From Neophaeotheca triangularis (lineage: Eukaryota), in assembly GCA_054600435.1 (NCBI GenBank), contig BAAIJX010000016.1, forward strand, positions 62,001-126,000: a stretch of DNA of 64,000 bases, in the 5' to 3' direction. The notes beneath the pieces are model-generated. The model worked only from the letters and a program-made list of their open reading frames with translations, made no database searches and had not been told where the DNA came from. Shown here piece by piece: positions 1 through 11,201 of the stretch; the stretch's first letter is position 1; every line of letters starts with the position of its first letter. The position numbers and the translations under genes are program-made.

Positions 1-1
1 A

Positions 2-196
2 TCATCGCGGATCAAAGACGCGGGGACTTCGCATCTGAAACGCACAGAAGCCAAGGCGGCGATCGAGCGAGTGATTGTAGTGCTGGAGGTGAGCGTCCGG
101 AGCAAGCCCAAGCGGCGGAAAGGCGTGTTTGATGACGCTAGGCCGGAAGGGGGGATGATTGAGGCTTTTCTCGGGCCCGCTGGGCTGCAGGAGTAG
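2..196 (+). CDS. Possible 3' end of an unidentified gene truncated by the window start
   Basis: Frame 2 is open from the edge (SSRIKDAG...AGLQE) to TAG 194-196, convergent with VMA4. No recognisable motif. Confidence 0.3.
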   Translation, partial: SSRIKDAGTSHLKRTEAKAAIERVIVVLEVSVRSKPKRRKGVFDDARPEGGMIEAFLGPAGLQE

Positions 197-589
197 TAGT
201 GGTAATGTACATTATGATCTGAGGCTTATTCGCTGGCTGTTGGGCTGTAACTACAGTGACGACGTATGCTGCTTTGGTCGAATGCGAGTATATAACGAAT
301 GAGGCGCAGGGAACATGTGAAGTCCCACATTTGAAAGACCGGCTTAATGCACGAACGCTCAATACTACAATCTCTCCCTTGTCTACGACCTGTCTATAGC
401 AATACAGGCGCATATTTACAAATACTGTTGCGCCTCACGCTGAAACACCCTCGACGCAAATCGCTAGGGTCTTTTCAGCTTCTTGCTGGCCACGGTCGCT
501 CCTTGACACTGTAATCCACGACGCCGGAGATTTGTAGCAGACTAATCTCCTAACGCGTCTACTGCAATGCACTCGCCCCTCGAATGGAT

Positions 590-1376
590 CTAGTCCTTGA
601 ATCGCCTGTTCTGGTTCTCGCCGAACAGAGTCGTACGTACCATGGGCAGGGCATCGGTCTCGAGCAGTTTCAGGCGCTCCTCGAAAGTATTGTTGATATC
701 GATCTTGCCACTTCCGTTGAGAATGACGACACCTCCAGAGCTGCAAAGATGAGTTAGCCTCGACAAAACTACCAGACAACTTCACATTGTCACAAGGGTC
801 ATCGCAGAATAGAAAGGATGGCACTTACCAGCCCTCGGGCAGCCTCTCCTTCTGATCCACCGATATTTCCACATTCTTCCCCTTCAACTTCTCCTTGTAC
901 TCCTTCTTCGCACTCTCGGCCGCCTTCTTGACCAAATCCTCATCCTTCTTCCGACACCTAACCGACACCTTCTCCTCGTTCAACGCATACAAGCCCTCGA
1001 GAATCAACCCCGACAAGACCTTCTCATACTTGCCCTTATCGCTCGTAGCCTCCTTGGCAATTTTCTGGTTTGCCTTCTCGAACAGGTCGTTCAGCAGCTC
1101 CTGCCTCGCGCTCAGCACCCGCAGACGCGTCTTGTTGGCCAGCGTCGACTTGGTGATTTGCTGGCTCATGGAAGCTTGCGTGAACTTTTTCTGGTACTCG
1201 TCGTCGATGCGAGACGTCTCTTCGCGCACGAGCTTAGACTTTTCGATGGAGAACTCCTCATCGGCTTTGAGGTGGATTTCGCGGGCCTTTTCTAGCGCTT
1301 CTTGTCGGATGAAGGCCGTCATCTTGCGCAGCTCCGTTGCGACTTGGTCGTCGGACATGGCGTGGATTTGGGACAT
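590..1376 (-). CDS. VMA4: V-type ATPase subunit E; exons 1376-829, 740-590
   Basis: [29 protein letters not shown]-terminus. Intron 741-828 (GTAAGT..GCTAAC..CAG) restores [26 protein letters not shown]...RFKD*. Confidence 0.97.
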
Positions 1377-2064
1377 GGCGGCGGTTGTTTGGGGGGGATT
1401 CTCTGTGGTGGGAGGGCTAGGTTGGACGTCGATACGGGTAGCTGGTCTAGGTGGGTCTCGCTGCTTGAGATTGGGCGAGCACCACGGGGGCTGTCGGGAA
1501 CAGGATGAGATAAGACGAGCACGGCGTTGAGTAGAGGCCTGATGTATGGAGTAGAGGAGGATTGTGGTGGTAGTAGAACAGTTGGTAATGTAGGCCTGAG
1601 GTGGTTAGGTACGGTAGCTGGGCCTGGCTCGGCGGATAGGTAGCTCCTCCTCCCATGTCCAAGACGGATGAGGTCCTGAGCAGCAAGCCGCACGTGCCGT
1701 CCCCTGCCCAATCTGCTACTGCCAGCTGGACCCGCGCTAAGCCCGCATCGAGCAACGTCCACGGCTCAGGTCTCTCGCCGCGACCGGCCACCCGGCGTCA
1801 TTGGCCGGGCTGGAACGTCGAATGGTCACGTTCACCGTCCTCATCTTCCAACTTCAATTCCCTCCCATCATCCGTCTTGTTCCACTCCAAGAGCCCGGAA
1901 GCTGAACAATACAAATCACAGACAACAGTAACGGCAAAGGCAACGACGTCAACCATACGTATATGAGCTCGTAGCATTCTCCGACAGGCGAAGCCATGGC
2001 ACGATAACCGTTCCCCAAGCACTCGACCTTTAATCCAACCACCGCTCCTCCCTCCATCTTCGCC

Positions 2065-3702
2065 ATGTCTGGTATATCCCCCGGCGCTGGCGTCGCTTTC
2101 GGTATCATTGTCGGGCTGATATCAACATGCGTGCAATCCGTCGGTCTGACCTTACAGCGGAAATCGCACATGCTGGAGGACGAGAAGATACACCACCACC
2201 TTCGTCGAGCTCCTTACCGTAGACGAAGATGGCAAATTGGCATGTTTCTCTTTCTGATTGCGAACATAATCGGGTCGACCATCCAAATCACCACCCTTCC
2301 GTTGCCGCTGTTGAGTACCTTGCAGGCTTCCGGGCTAGTCTTCAATTCACTACTGGCGAGCTTGTTGTTGAAAGAGCCGTGGACATGGAGAACGGCTTGG
2401 GGTACGGTGTTGGTCGCCGGAGGTGCCGTGCTCATCTCTCTGTTCTCTGCGCTTCCGGAGCCCAGCCACAGCTTGCGACAGTTGATCGAATTGCTGTGGA
2501 TGCGCAGCTTCCTAATCTGGTTCATCATGAGTCTCTTATTCGTACTCGGAGTCTTGGGAATGACGTTCTTCCTTCAACACTGCATAGCACACAACAAGCG
2601 TCGGAGTGGAAAGGTCACGTTGATAAGAGGGATGAGCTACGGGTTGATATCAGGAGTGCTGTCCGCGCACGCTCTACTGCTGGCCAAGAGCGCTGTCGAG
2701 TTGATAGTCAGGAGCATCGTGGATCACAACAACCAGTTTAACCGATTCGAGTCCTGGCTCCTTTTACTGGCATTTTTGTTCCTGGCACTAACACAACTGT
2801 ATTATCTCCACAGAGGCCTGAAACTCGTCTCCACCAGCATACTGTACCCTTTTGTCTTTTGCATCTACAACATAGTCGCTATTCTGGACGGTCTCATCTA
2901 CTTCAGACAGATGGACCGCTTACCGCCACTGCATGCGGGACTAATCGCGTTGGGAACAGTCGTCCTACTTTCAGGAGTCCTAGCACTGAGTTGGCGATTG
3001 CAGGACGAGGAGGAACAAGAAGACCATGCAGCGACCGCGGAGATTCCTCAAACTGTGCTTGCCCCGGGTATGGGCTTCGTCGGCGATCCAGAATCGGGAA
3101 CAAACTCGGAAAGCGCAGTCAGCGATGATGACTATGAAGAGGATAGTGAACGGACGGCATTGCTCGCGAAGACGCCTCAAGCGCACAGCTCGTCTCGATC
3201 ACGTCGTAGAAGCACACCCACGGTACAATCTGGCCGCAAGCGGAGGCGTGCGGCTACGCTGAAGGAGGTGATGAACATATGGGAAGAACTCGACGACGAA
3301 GATCGTTATGGCACTTTTGCGCCCAGTCTTGCTCGAGCGACTTCAGTTGGGCGACCTGCAAGCACAGGGCACGCTGAACGGCGCAGTCGTTCGAGCGGTG
3401 ACCATGGCGACCTCGAAGCTTCTGGTTCCACGTTGACACCTGCAGCTGGTGGAGATGCCCCGGCTGATGAAGAGGAGCAGGCGGCTGGCAGAAAGCGAGC
3501 GCGGACCATGCCGGCGAGTGAGATGGCTGGGAGACGGAGAAGGAACGTCAGCGGTGGCATGATGGGCTCGAGAGGGCAGGGCAGTGCACTTTTCGGGGAC
3601 ATGCTGAGATTGGAGTGGTGGCGTGGGAAAGGCAAGGAAGAGGAACCCCTGTTGCCGAAGATGAGCGGGGGGAATGCTCCCCACAGAGACGAGCAAGACT
3701 GA
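2065..3702 (+). CDS. NIPA/DUF803-like (DMT superfamily) membrane protein with long disordered C-tail
   Basis: 545-aa ORF with about 9 hydrophobic segments; GLTLQRKSH, LPLPLLSTLQASGLVFN and YPFVFCIYNIVAILDGLIYF motifs. Confidence 0.85.
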   Translation: MSGISPGAGVAFGIIVGLISTCVQSVGLTLQRKSHMLEDEKIHHHLRRAPYRRRRWQIGMFLFLIANIIGSTIQITTLPLPLLSTLQASGLVFNSLLASLLLKEPWTWRTAWGTVLVAGGAVLISLFSALPEPSHSLRQLIELLWMRSFLIWFIMSLLFVLGVLGMTFFLQHCIAHNKRRSGKVTLIRGMSYGLISGVLSAHALLLAKSAVELIVRSIVDHNNQFNRFESWLLLLAFLFLALTQLYYLHRGLKLVSTSILYPFVFCIYNIVAILDGLIYFRQMDRLPPLHAGLIALGTVVLLSGVLALSWRLQDEEEQEDHAATAEIPQTVLAPGMGFVGDPESGTNSESAVSDDDYEEDSERTALLAKTPQAHSSSRSRRRSTPTVQSGRKRRRAATLKEVMNIWEELDDEDRYGTFAPSLARATSVGRPASTGHAERRSRSSGDHGDLEASGSTLTPAAGGDAPADEEEQAAGRKRARTMPASEMAGRRRRNVSGGMMGSRGQGSALFGDMLRLEWWRGKGKEEEPLLPKMSGGNAPHRDEQD

Positions 3703-4062
3703 TTGCTAGGAGTATGCGAATAGAAACGGCTGGCTGGCTTGGGGCGTATGTGGATTGGCTGGAGAAGATACCCACCTAACAGTGACATTTTGGGCAATGT
3801 ATAGCATAGTTTAGATGTATTGTTCTGACTGCACAACGTCGCAAAGTAGTTCCCATATGTACCATAGTGGACGCTATTTATCATGCAACGTGCAAACCAA
3901 ACCCTTACCCTCATGCCTCCCCCATGCCTCAGCTAGCTTGTGAAACGCGCGCCGCGTCTCGGCTTCCAGATCAGGTTCCAGCTTCCTGTAATTGAGAGCT
4001 GTCCACAGCTTTGCCGCTCCCTAACAACAATAGCTTCCAAGGTTCCCCATAAGTTTAACAGC

Positions 4063-5387
4063 ATGCTCGTCTCCCTGACTGTAGGCAAGGTCGACGCGGG
4101 TGTCGCAGTCCTCCTCACCGAGGACAAGCGCCTAGTAAGTCGATCGCACGAATCCCAATGCCAGTAGCACCCACCCAAACTCACAGCCTTCCCAAGATAG
4201 AATTTCCCTCGATTCTCCTTCCGCCAGACATCCACTCCGGTAGCATCGTCGATATCAACGTCGCTCGCAACCAGCCGGCCGAGATCACTGCCGACCAATC
4301 TTTCACGCAGCTCCAAGACGAAATCTACGACCTCTTCGGCAGCTCCTCGCCCGCGCCCCCCGTTCTCCGCTGTCGCAATGCCACCCAGACTGCTGTCGTA
4401 CTCGAATGGGATCCACTGGAGCTCGCGACCGCCGAGCTGAGGAGTTTGAGTCTCTACCGCAACGGTGCGAAGGTCGGCGTGATCCCTAGAGATAAGCAAT
4501 CCACCAAGATTTCTGGGCTGGCGGTGGGAACGGAGTACACTTTCCACCTTGTGCTCAGGACCAGCGCGGGAGTTTACAGCAGTGAGAAGGTCGTGATCAA
4601 GACGCACCAGATGACGGATCTGACCGGTGTCACCATCACCCCCGGCATCATGCCCGACCAACTGCGCGATGACCTGGAAGAGACTGTTGAGAGGATCGGC
4701 GCGAAGCTGATTGATACCGTGCGCATCGACACTACGCACTTTGTCTGCACGGAGCCCAGGGGGCAGGGTTGGGAAAAAGCTGTAGAGATGAACGTGCCCG
4801 TGGTTGTACCGGACTGGGTCAAGGGGTGTGAGAGGGAAGGCAAGATTGTGGGCGTCAGGGGCTACTATTTGGATGCGGACCCCAAGTTGCGACAGGTCGG
4901 CAGCAGTATGGGAGGACAGCCGAGGGCGAGCGTCAGCACGCAGATGCCGCATAGGGATTCTCCGCGCATTGAGCACACGCCGCCGACGCCCGAGCGCAAC
5001 AATGATGGCGCGCAGAGGGAGCGGCAGTTTGAACAGGCTCAGCAGCAGCAGCAGAGCACGGGTCCAACTTCTGCGCCGGCTGCTGAGCCGCCTACGCCGC
5101 CGCCGAAACCTGATGGTCATTCCAGCTCGCAAACGTCTGTTGTCCCCCCGGCCACGCAAGAAGCGAAAGATGGCGAAGAGAGCGACGAAGACCGACCCAG
5201 CACTGGCAATAGCACGAACATTGTTGGTGATCAGGAGGATAGCGATGATGACGATGTTCCAGAAGAGAATACGGGGCCTACTGAAGCCGTTTCTACTGAT
5301 GTCGGGACGGGTCAGAAGGAGACTACAGATGGCGAGGCTTCTAGAGTCGCGGGTGAAGATGGCAAGTTTGATGAGGTTGCTCTGTGA
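4063..5387 (+). CDS. CHS5: Exomer subunit / chitin biosynthesis protein Chs5 (FN3 + BRCT); exons 4063-4134, 4197-5387
   Basis: MLVSLTVGKVDAGVAVLLTEDKRL joined by intron 4135-4196 to IEFPSILLP; FN3 (TQTAVVLEWD), BRCT (TTHFVC...VVPDWV), acidic tail. Confidence 0.96.
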
Positions 5388-6051
5388 CAGCGTGATGGTG
5401 ATGTACAGTCGGGAGAGGAGAGGTCTAGAGGGAAAAGGGGGCATGCGAAGTGTACGTACTATCAGCGCTATCCACGACTTATCCGAACGTACTTGCAGGT
5501 ATGCGCTCTTCAAGATTCAAAGGAAGGGTACTTACTCTTGGAAGTCAAATAAGTTGCGTTCACATGTAATCATTGCATGTACCTAATGTACCCAGGTATG
5601 GTACCCTAGGTATGGTGTATCTCGAGATCGCTATCCCCGCACTCACGTGTAGTAGGAAGATCGGGTCGATCGTACCTGCAGCAGCGTTGCACCTCCGACG
5701 TCACCTCTTTTGTGCACAGACGTAAACCACATGTCGAATAGTACCTGCCTTTCTTCTTTCTTATTATGCGTTTTGCTTCTATGTGGTGCCTTCCGTCTAC
5801 ACGCCTACCTAAATTAACAAGTACACGTAGGCGTCGCTGCTCCTCTTGCTTCCAGGTTGCGTTAAAGCTTATCTATTCAGAAACTTTATCTACCTCCTTC
5901 AGTTTGAGGTCTTTGTTGTTATCACTACTACCTACTGAGTACTGATCAGTCTAATCCAGACTCAAGCGGCCTGCCATTGTCCCACGACGGCAATATCCTG
6001 TCATCACGATCACTTGCCTTGGCAGCCTTTGGGCGACGACAAGCCAACATC

Positions 6052-7527
6052 ATGCCGCGCGCCACCCGATCCACCACCAAAGCTGCTATAACTGCAAAAG
6101 ATCCTGCAACCCAGCTGTCGAGTCCTCCGGAAACTCCTCGGGTCAAAAGCAAATCGGCCAAGGCCAAGGCGACCCCGAAGGTCAAATCTGAGCACGCCGC
6201 CAAAGATTCAGCGACCCCGTCGAGCTCCCGTAAAAGGTCTCGCAAGGTCAAGGCGGAATCCGACGATGGGGATGAATTGCCGCACAACCTGGGCAAGGCT
6301 CTGCCCTCACCGGGCGAAGCCGAGAACGACCAAGCTGCCGCTGAGCCTCCGAAGAAGCGGTCGAGAAGGCCAGCAGCTAAAACAGGATCCGATGAGTCCA
6401 AAAACCTGGTCCCAAAGACCGAAGTTGCCGAAGACAGCGACGCCCCGACGAAATCGACACCCAAAAAGTCCAAAAAAAGTCAAGGTTTCGCGCCTGGCGA
6501 GACCCCGTACCCGGACTACCCTCGGCCGACGCCGGAGGAGTGCAAGGAGGTTGTGCGTCTCCTGGAAAAGGCACATGGCAAAGTCAATGTCCCCAAAGCC
6601 ATTCCGCCACCCTCCCTAGACGTGGCAGGGTGCGGCGAAGTTCCTTCGGTTTTGGATGCTCTGATCCGTACCAGACTCAGCGCAAACACGACTAATAAGA
6701 ACTCGAGCACAGCTTTCAGAGGCCTCGTGTCCAAATTTGGCACGCTTGATGAAGGTATTGGCAAAGGTAGTGTCGATTGGGATGCTGTTAGGAGGGCGGA
6801 CCAGTCGGAAGTTAAGGAAGCTATTAAGCATGGTGGACTTGCCAACGTGAAGTCCAAGGACATCAAGTCGATCCTGCAGATGGCTTACGAGGAGAACCAA
6901 CAGCGCAAGGCGGCTCTGAAGTCGGAGGAGGGAGCTCCTACTGGAGCCGACCACGAGGCTGCAGCGGACAAGCAGAAGGAAGTTGAAAAGGCAGAGAAGA
7001 ACATCATCTCCTTGGACCACATTCATCTTCTCAGCACACCAGCGGCTATTGAAAAGATGCTGGAGTACCCAGGAATCGGATTCAAGACAGCATCTTGCGT
7101 AGCGTTGTTCTGCATGCAACGCCCCTCATTCGCTGTCGACACCCACGTGTTTCGTCTCTGCAACTATTTGGGCTGGCTTCCGAAGTCGCCAAAGAAAGGG
7201 CAACCCAAAGTCTCGCGGGACACGACGTACCACCACTGCGACGCACTCATCCCTGATGAGTACAAGTATCCTCTGCATTACCTGCTCATCAAGCATGGTA
7301 AGACGTGTCCGAGGTGTCAGGCGGCTACGGGCCAGACAAGTGCGAAATGGGACGAAGGCTGCCCCATCGAGCATTTGGTCACGAGGACCGGTGCCAAGAA
7401 AGGGGGCGCGAGTGCTGCTGCCAGGAAGAAGGCAAAGGAGAATGCTGCAGAGGAAAGCGACCACGCCAGCCCTGTAGAAGGAGATGAGGAGAGCGAGTTG
7501 AGTGACGAGGCTGTTGATGAAGACTGA
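6052..7527 (+). CDS. HhH-GPD superfamily DNA glycosylase (endonuclease III / DEMETER-related fungal family)
   Basis: HhH motif YPGIGFKTASCV, catalytic Asp in FAVDTHVFR, VDWDAVRRA, C-terminal HGKTCPRC..CP; basic N-terminal extension. First ATG at 6052. Confidence 0.9.
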   Translation: MPRATRSTTKAAITAKDPATQLSSPPETPRVKSKSAKAKATPKVKSEHAAKDSATPSSSRKRSRKVKAESDDGDELPHNLGKALPSPGEAENDQAAAEPPKKRSRRPAAKTGSDESKNLVPKTEVAEDSDAPTKSTPKKSKKSQGFAPGETPYPDYPRPTPEECKEVVRLLEKAHGKVNVPKAIPPPSLDVAGCGEVPSVLDALIRTRLSANTTNKNSSTAFRGLVSKFGTLDEGIGKGSVDWDAVRRADQSEVKEAIKHGGLANVKSKDIKSILQMAYEENQQRKAALKSEEGAPTGADHEAAADKQKEVEKAEKNIISLDHIHLLSTPAAIEKMLEYPGIGFKTASCVALFCMQRPSFAVDTHVFRLCNYLGWLPKSPKKGQPKVSRDTTYHHCDALIPDEYKYPLHYLLIKHGKTCPRCQAATGQTSAKWDEGCPIEHLVTRTGAKKGGASAAARKKAKENAAEESDHASPVEGDEESELSDEAVDED

Positions 7528-7859
7528 AGATGCTGAGCCTGGCAGTGGGGCGTCAACGAGCGACATGTCCAGCATGTAACAGTCATGTATACTAGGTGAG
7601 GCCATGTAGTATTAACCATGTACCATAAGGAAACATAGTCCAAAGCGTTCACGAGTGTGCGTTGTGAAGTTGTTGGAAGTGAGTGGTTGGGCTCCTTTTA
7701 TCATCGTAGCTGCACCAACTCGAAGCCAGCAACAGCCGAACAACGCACGGGCCGTTCCCGTAAACACCTCTACTTGACCTGCTTCAACTTTTTTGTTTGA
7801 ACTCGACAACTGGTCCCCTTCCATCTTCTTGTTACCTTCGCAACCTCACAGGAAACAAC

Positions 7860-9212
7860 ATGCAGCAATACGCAAACGCGCAACGGCGCGGTATACAGAT
7901 CCACGCCGTACCGGACGCCGAACGTGCCGTAGTCGATGGCCGCAAGCTACCATGGGGGATGCTTTACAGCGATCGCGCACCGACACCGGACAGCGGTGGA
8001 GAGTCTGGCTCCTTTGGTCGTGGTGGCCACGAAAGTGGGCCTTTTGGACGCGTTGGATCAACGAGTGTGCGCAGGAGAGGCACCAGCCGTAGCCGCAGCA
8101 AGACTGCCGAGCCAGCGAAGAAAGAGGAGGACAGGATCCGTGCGGAGAACCTGGCTGCAGAGGATGCCATCTTTGGGCGCTTGAGAGGAACTGAGGGAGA
8201 CCGTAAAGATAGGAGGGAGGCACAGGATGAGAGCAGGGCGGGCTTGAGGGAGGTACACTCAAATACCGCCCCAACGGCCCAGCAGAGTGCGACATTGAGC
8301 GGTGGAACTGGGAACGCACTCGGCGTTGGGACAGATCCGACAGAGGTGCTGTTGTACGGTTTCGGCGACGAGCAGCAATGGGCGGCCATTGACTTCTACG
8401 AGCGTGTATCTAACGGCATCATCCTCGAAGACTACGACCGGCACCCCTACAACCACGCGGCCAACCTCGCGCGCTCGTACGGCAGGCAAGCGGCCAACGC
8501 GTCGCTCTCTCGCGCCGCTCTGAGGAAGAAGAACAATTTCGCAGGCGGCAATCACTGGATCAAGGTCACCTTTGACTCCCCTGAAGCAGCCGATCTCGCA
8601 ACCGCACGAAGCCCCCACATGGTCAGAGGCCATCTAGTCTACGCTGAGCCCTATCGCGGGACCGGGCCAAGCAAAGACGAAGCCATCTTTGCCAGCAACG
8701 CCGGAGCCCAAATCACCAACGACCAACTGCCTACCAGCTTTTCAACCTCAACCCTCGGCCACTCATCCCGCGAAACGGAATCCTCAGCCACAGCGTCCTC
8801 TGCCACAGCGACCGGCCGCAACGCCCTCACCGCTTTCAACGAAAGCCCCTCACCCGCAACCTCCTCGACTCTTAGCAATCTCTTCCAAAGACCCGCCCGC
8901 TCGCAACAAGCCCTCGTCGAAAGACCCTCAACCCAACTCCAAACAACTACAACAGAAGGCCCAGAATCAATGCGTAAAACGCGCATTTCTGGGGTCAAGG
9001 TCGCCACACTGCTGCCTGCAGACCAAGCCATGTTGCCCAAAGAGTCTAAGCCGAGTTGGTCTTTAGGCGGCTCTTGGGAGTTGATCGGCACCACGGTTCC
9101 ACGCAAGGATGATGGCACTTTCGATCATGCGAGAGCCAACCTGTGGTGGATGTTTATGTACTGGATTGATTGTCTGCTTGGGACGGATATTTGTGGGTTG
9201 AAGGGGGATTGA
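7860..9212 (+). CDS. NUP53: Nup53/Nup35-family nucleoporin (RRM plus C-terminal amphipathic helix)
   Basis: EVLLYGF...GNHWIKVTFDS..AADLA Nup53-type RRM; C-terminal WWMFMYWIDCLLG. First ATG at 7860. Confidence 0.8.
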   Translation: MQQYANAQRRGIQIHAVPDAERAVVDGRKLPWGMLYSDRAPTPDSGGESGSFGRGGHESGPFGRVGSTSVRRRGTSRSRSKTAEPAKKEEDRIRAENLAAEDAIFGRLRGTEGDRKDRREAQDESRAGLREVHSNTAPTAQQSATLSGGTGNALGVGTDPTEVLLYGFGDEQQWAAIDFYERVSNGIILEDYDRHPYNHAANLARSYGRQAANASLSRAALRKKNNFAGGNHWIKVTFDSPEAADLATARSPHMVRGHLVYAEPYRGTGPSKDEAIFASNAGAQITNDQLPTSFSTSTLGHSSRETESSATASSATATGRNALTAFNESPSPATSSTLSNLFQRPARSQQALVERPSTQLQTTTTEGPESMRKTRISGVKVATLLPADQAMLPKESKPSWSLGGSWELIGTTVPRKDDGTFDHARANLWWMFMYWIDCLLGTDICGLKGD

Positions 9213-9970
9213 AGTTGGTACGTTGGAGCGGAAGGCATCAAGGGCTGAGGTCGGACTTGCAGCACCTTCAAGATAAACGAGTAAGGGTTCTTTTAGCGTG
9301 GCGTTCTGAGGATGGGACGGAGAGCATGTGGAAGCGCAGAAAGCCATGGGGATAAGTTGTCAATACCACCTGGCATTCACTCCTCACCCTAGCTGCATGT
9401 ACTGAAGCCTTAGACCATCGCAATCATATACTTAACTTGCATGTCACCAATGTTTCTACATCTTCTCTCCGTGTGATTCCCCGTGCGCACATCCAGTGGC
9501 TCGTCGAACCCCAAATATATCTATCGGGTTACCGCTTTGAAGGAATCATAGTGTTTGGGCTTGGGCTCCGATACCCAGGGCATCTTTAAGCGAAAGAGTC
9601 GTCGAAGGATATGTGGACTAACAACAGAGCTTGCTAGACACGCCAGATTACTTTCCAAACATTTTGTCGGGTGAGAAACCTTGTCGAAGTACACCATCTT
9701 GCACGGGACACGGGGGTCATGGGACGGATTCCCATACGCTTTCCCTTGCCGCTTCTTCTCTTGCTTGCCGACTGCACTACCTCCATTGTGAGAACGTCCT
9801 TCGTAAGAGTATTGACTTGTTCAAGAAGCTGTTTGCATACGCCACTCTGCCTCATCTATAGAAGCCGTAATGACCAGCTCGGCGAAGCTGTCTCGTAGCT
9901 CAGCCTCGCCCACAGATATCAAGCCTACGCCCCAGCCCCTCGCACAAAATCGGCCACAGCATCCTCAATC

Positions 9971-10677
9971 CTAGCGGGTGGTGGGCTTGGCCTTGGGTGC
10001 GGAGCCCTTCGCCGCCTGCTTTCCTACAACCCTGCCGGTGGTCTGGCCAGCGGCCGACTTGGCCGCAGTCTTCGCCTTCTCAGCCTTCTTGATGCTCTGT
10101 GCGGCGGCCTTCTTCTCCTTGCCCTCCTTGATGGCCTGGGAGCGGGCGGCGCTGCGGGCCTCGGGGCGCTGGGAGCGGCGCTCCTTGATGACATCGAGGG
10201 AGGCACCGACGACGGCACGCTGAGACTTGACTTGACGGCGGCGACGGGACTTGGCTTGCTCCTGGTGAAGGGGAAAGGCGGTTAGCTTCTCGTTTCCCTC
10301 ATACGGCATCTTGAACAGGCCATATGTACCTCAGTGATACCCTTTCTCCTGGCCCTTCTGCATAGGACGGTCCATGCGATGCGGCGAGGGTTCTTGCGCT
10401 GAAGGAAGAGCGACTCCGACTTGCCGTTCTGGAAACGGAAGATCTTGCTGTCCGAGCGCACGAAGAGCTTGCCCTGTATACCACATAACGTTGATCAGTA
10501 TGCCGCGTTCTTCCAATAAATGCCCCAAGTATACACCCTGCGCTGCCCTTCAGTATCCTCATCGTCGTTGCCCAAAGCCCTCACGCTCTCTCATTTTCTC
10601 ACTCCTCCGCCGTGCGATATGCGTACCTTGCCGGGGTAGATCTTCTGGCCGGAAAAGGTGTCGTCGTAGGTCCTCAT
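9971..10677 (-). CDS. RPL24: 60S ribosomal protein L24 (eL24); exons 10677-10627, 10473-10330, 10261-9971
   Basis: MRTYDDTFSGQKIYPGK|GKLFVRSDSKIFRFQNGKSESLFLQRKNPRRIAWT...|EQAKSRRRR..QRAVVGASL; both introns GT..AG with branch sites. Confidence 0.97.
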
Positions 10678-11201
10678 CTCGGTGGGTAGTGTTGGTGGTG
10701 TCCGGGGATGAGGTGTTCGGCTTCGTTGCCTGCGTCGTCAATTGTCGGTCGTCGTGGATCGCGGGTCGATTGTTCGCGCCCAGTCGTGGTGAAGTTGAGG
10801 TTCGCTTCAAGCGGCCTTGGCAACGCCGGACTTTGAATTCGTCTACGCCGATGTGTGTGCGAGAGGGCAAGCTCAGCCGCGGCTTGGCTTGGCGGACTTA
10901 AGTCACGTGTCGAGTTCGGAGCGATATCAAACAAGATCTTCCGGCTTCGACTTCGCTCTTGCTACCAGTACTGCATTCCAACAGTATTCATCTCGGGCAT
11001 TGCACAAGTTTCGTAATACATCATCAATTTAGAGTCGTTACATCGCAAACTAGCCATATTCCGCCCCTCGCCTAGCACCATTCCCCGTGACTGTTGTCGC
11101 CCCTTCAATCATGCAATTGACCGACAAGCCCATGAACCGCCCACTCCTTCGATCCAAACAGACTGGTGCGCCGCAGTATTGAGAACGTTCTAGTCGTCCA
11201 T

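Noticed and set aside
435..824. 129-aa minus-strand ORF after VMA4
   Set aside because: Starts inside the VMA4 intron and overlaps exon 2 in another frame.
3933..5513. 526-aa minus-strand ORF
   Set aside because: Antisense shadow of CHS5; no motif, explained by codon bias.
10474..10626. 153-nt RPL24 intron as a possible snoRNA host
   Set aside because: No convincing C/D boxes with a terminal stem and no H/ACA structure by eye.
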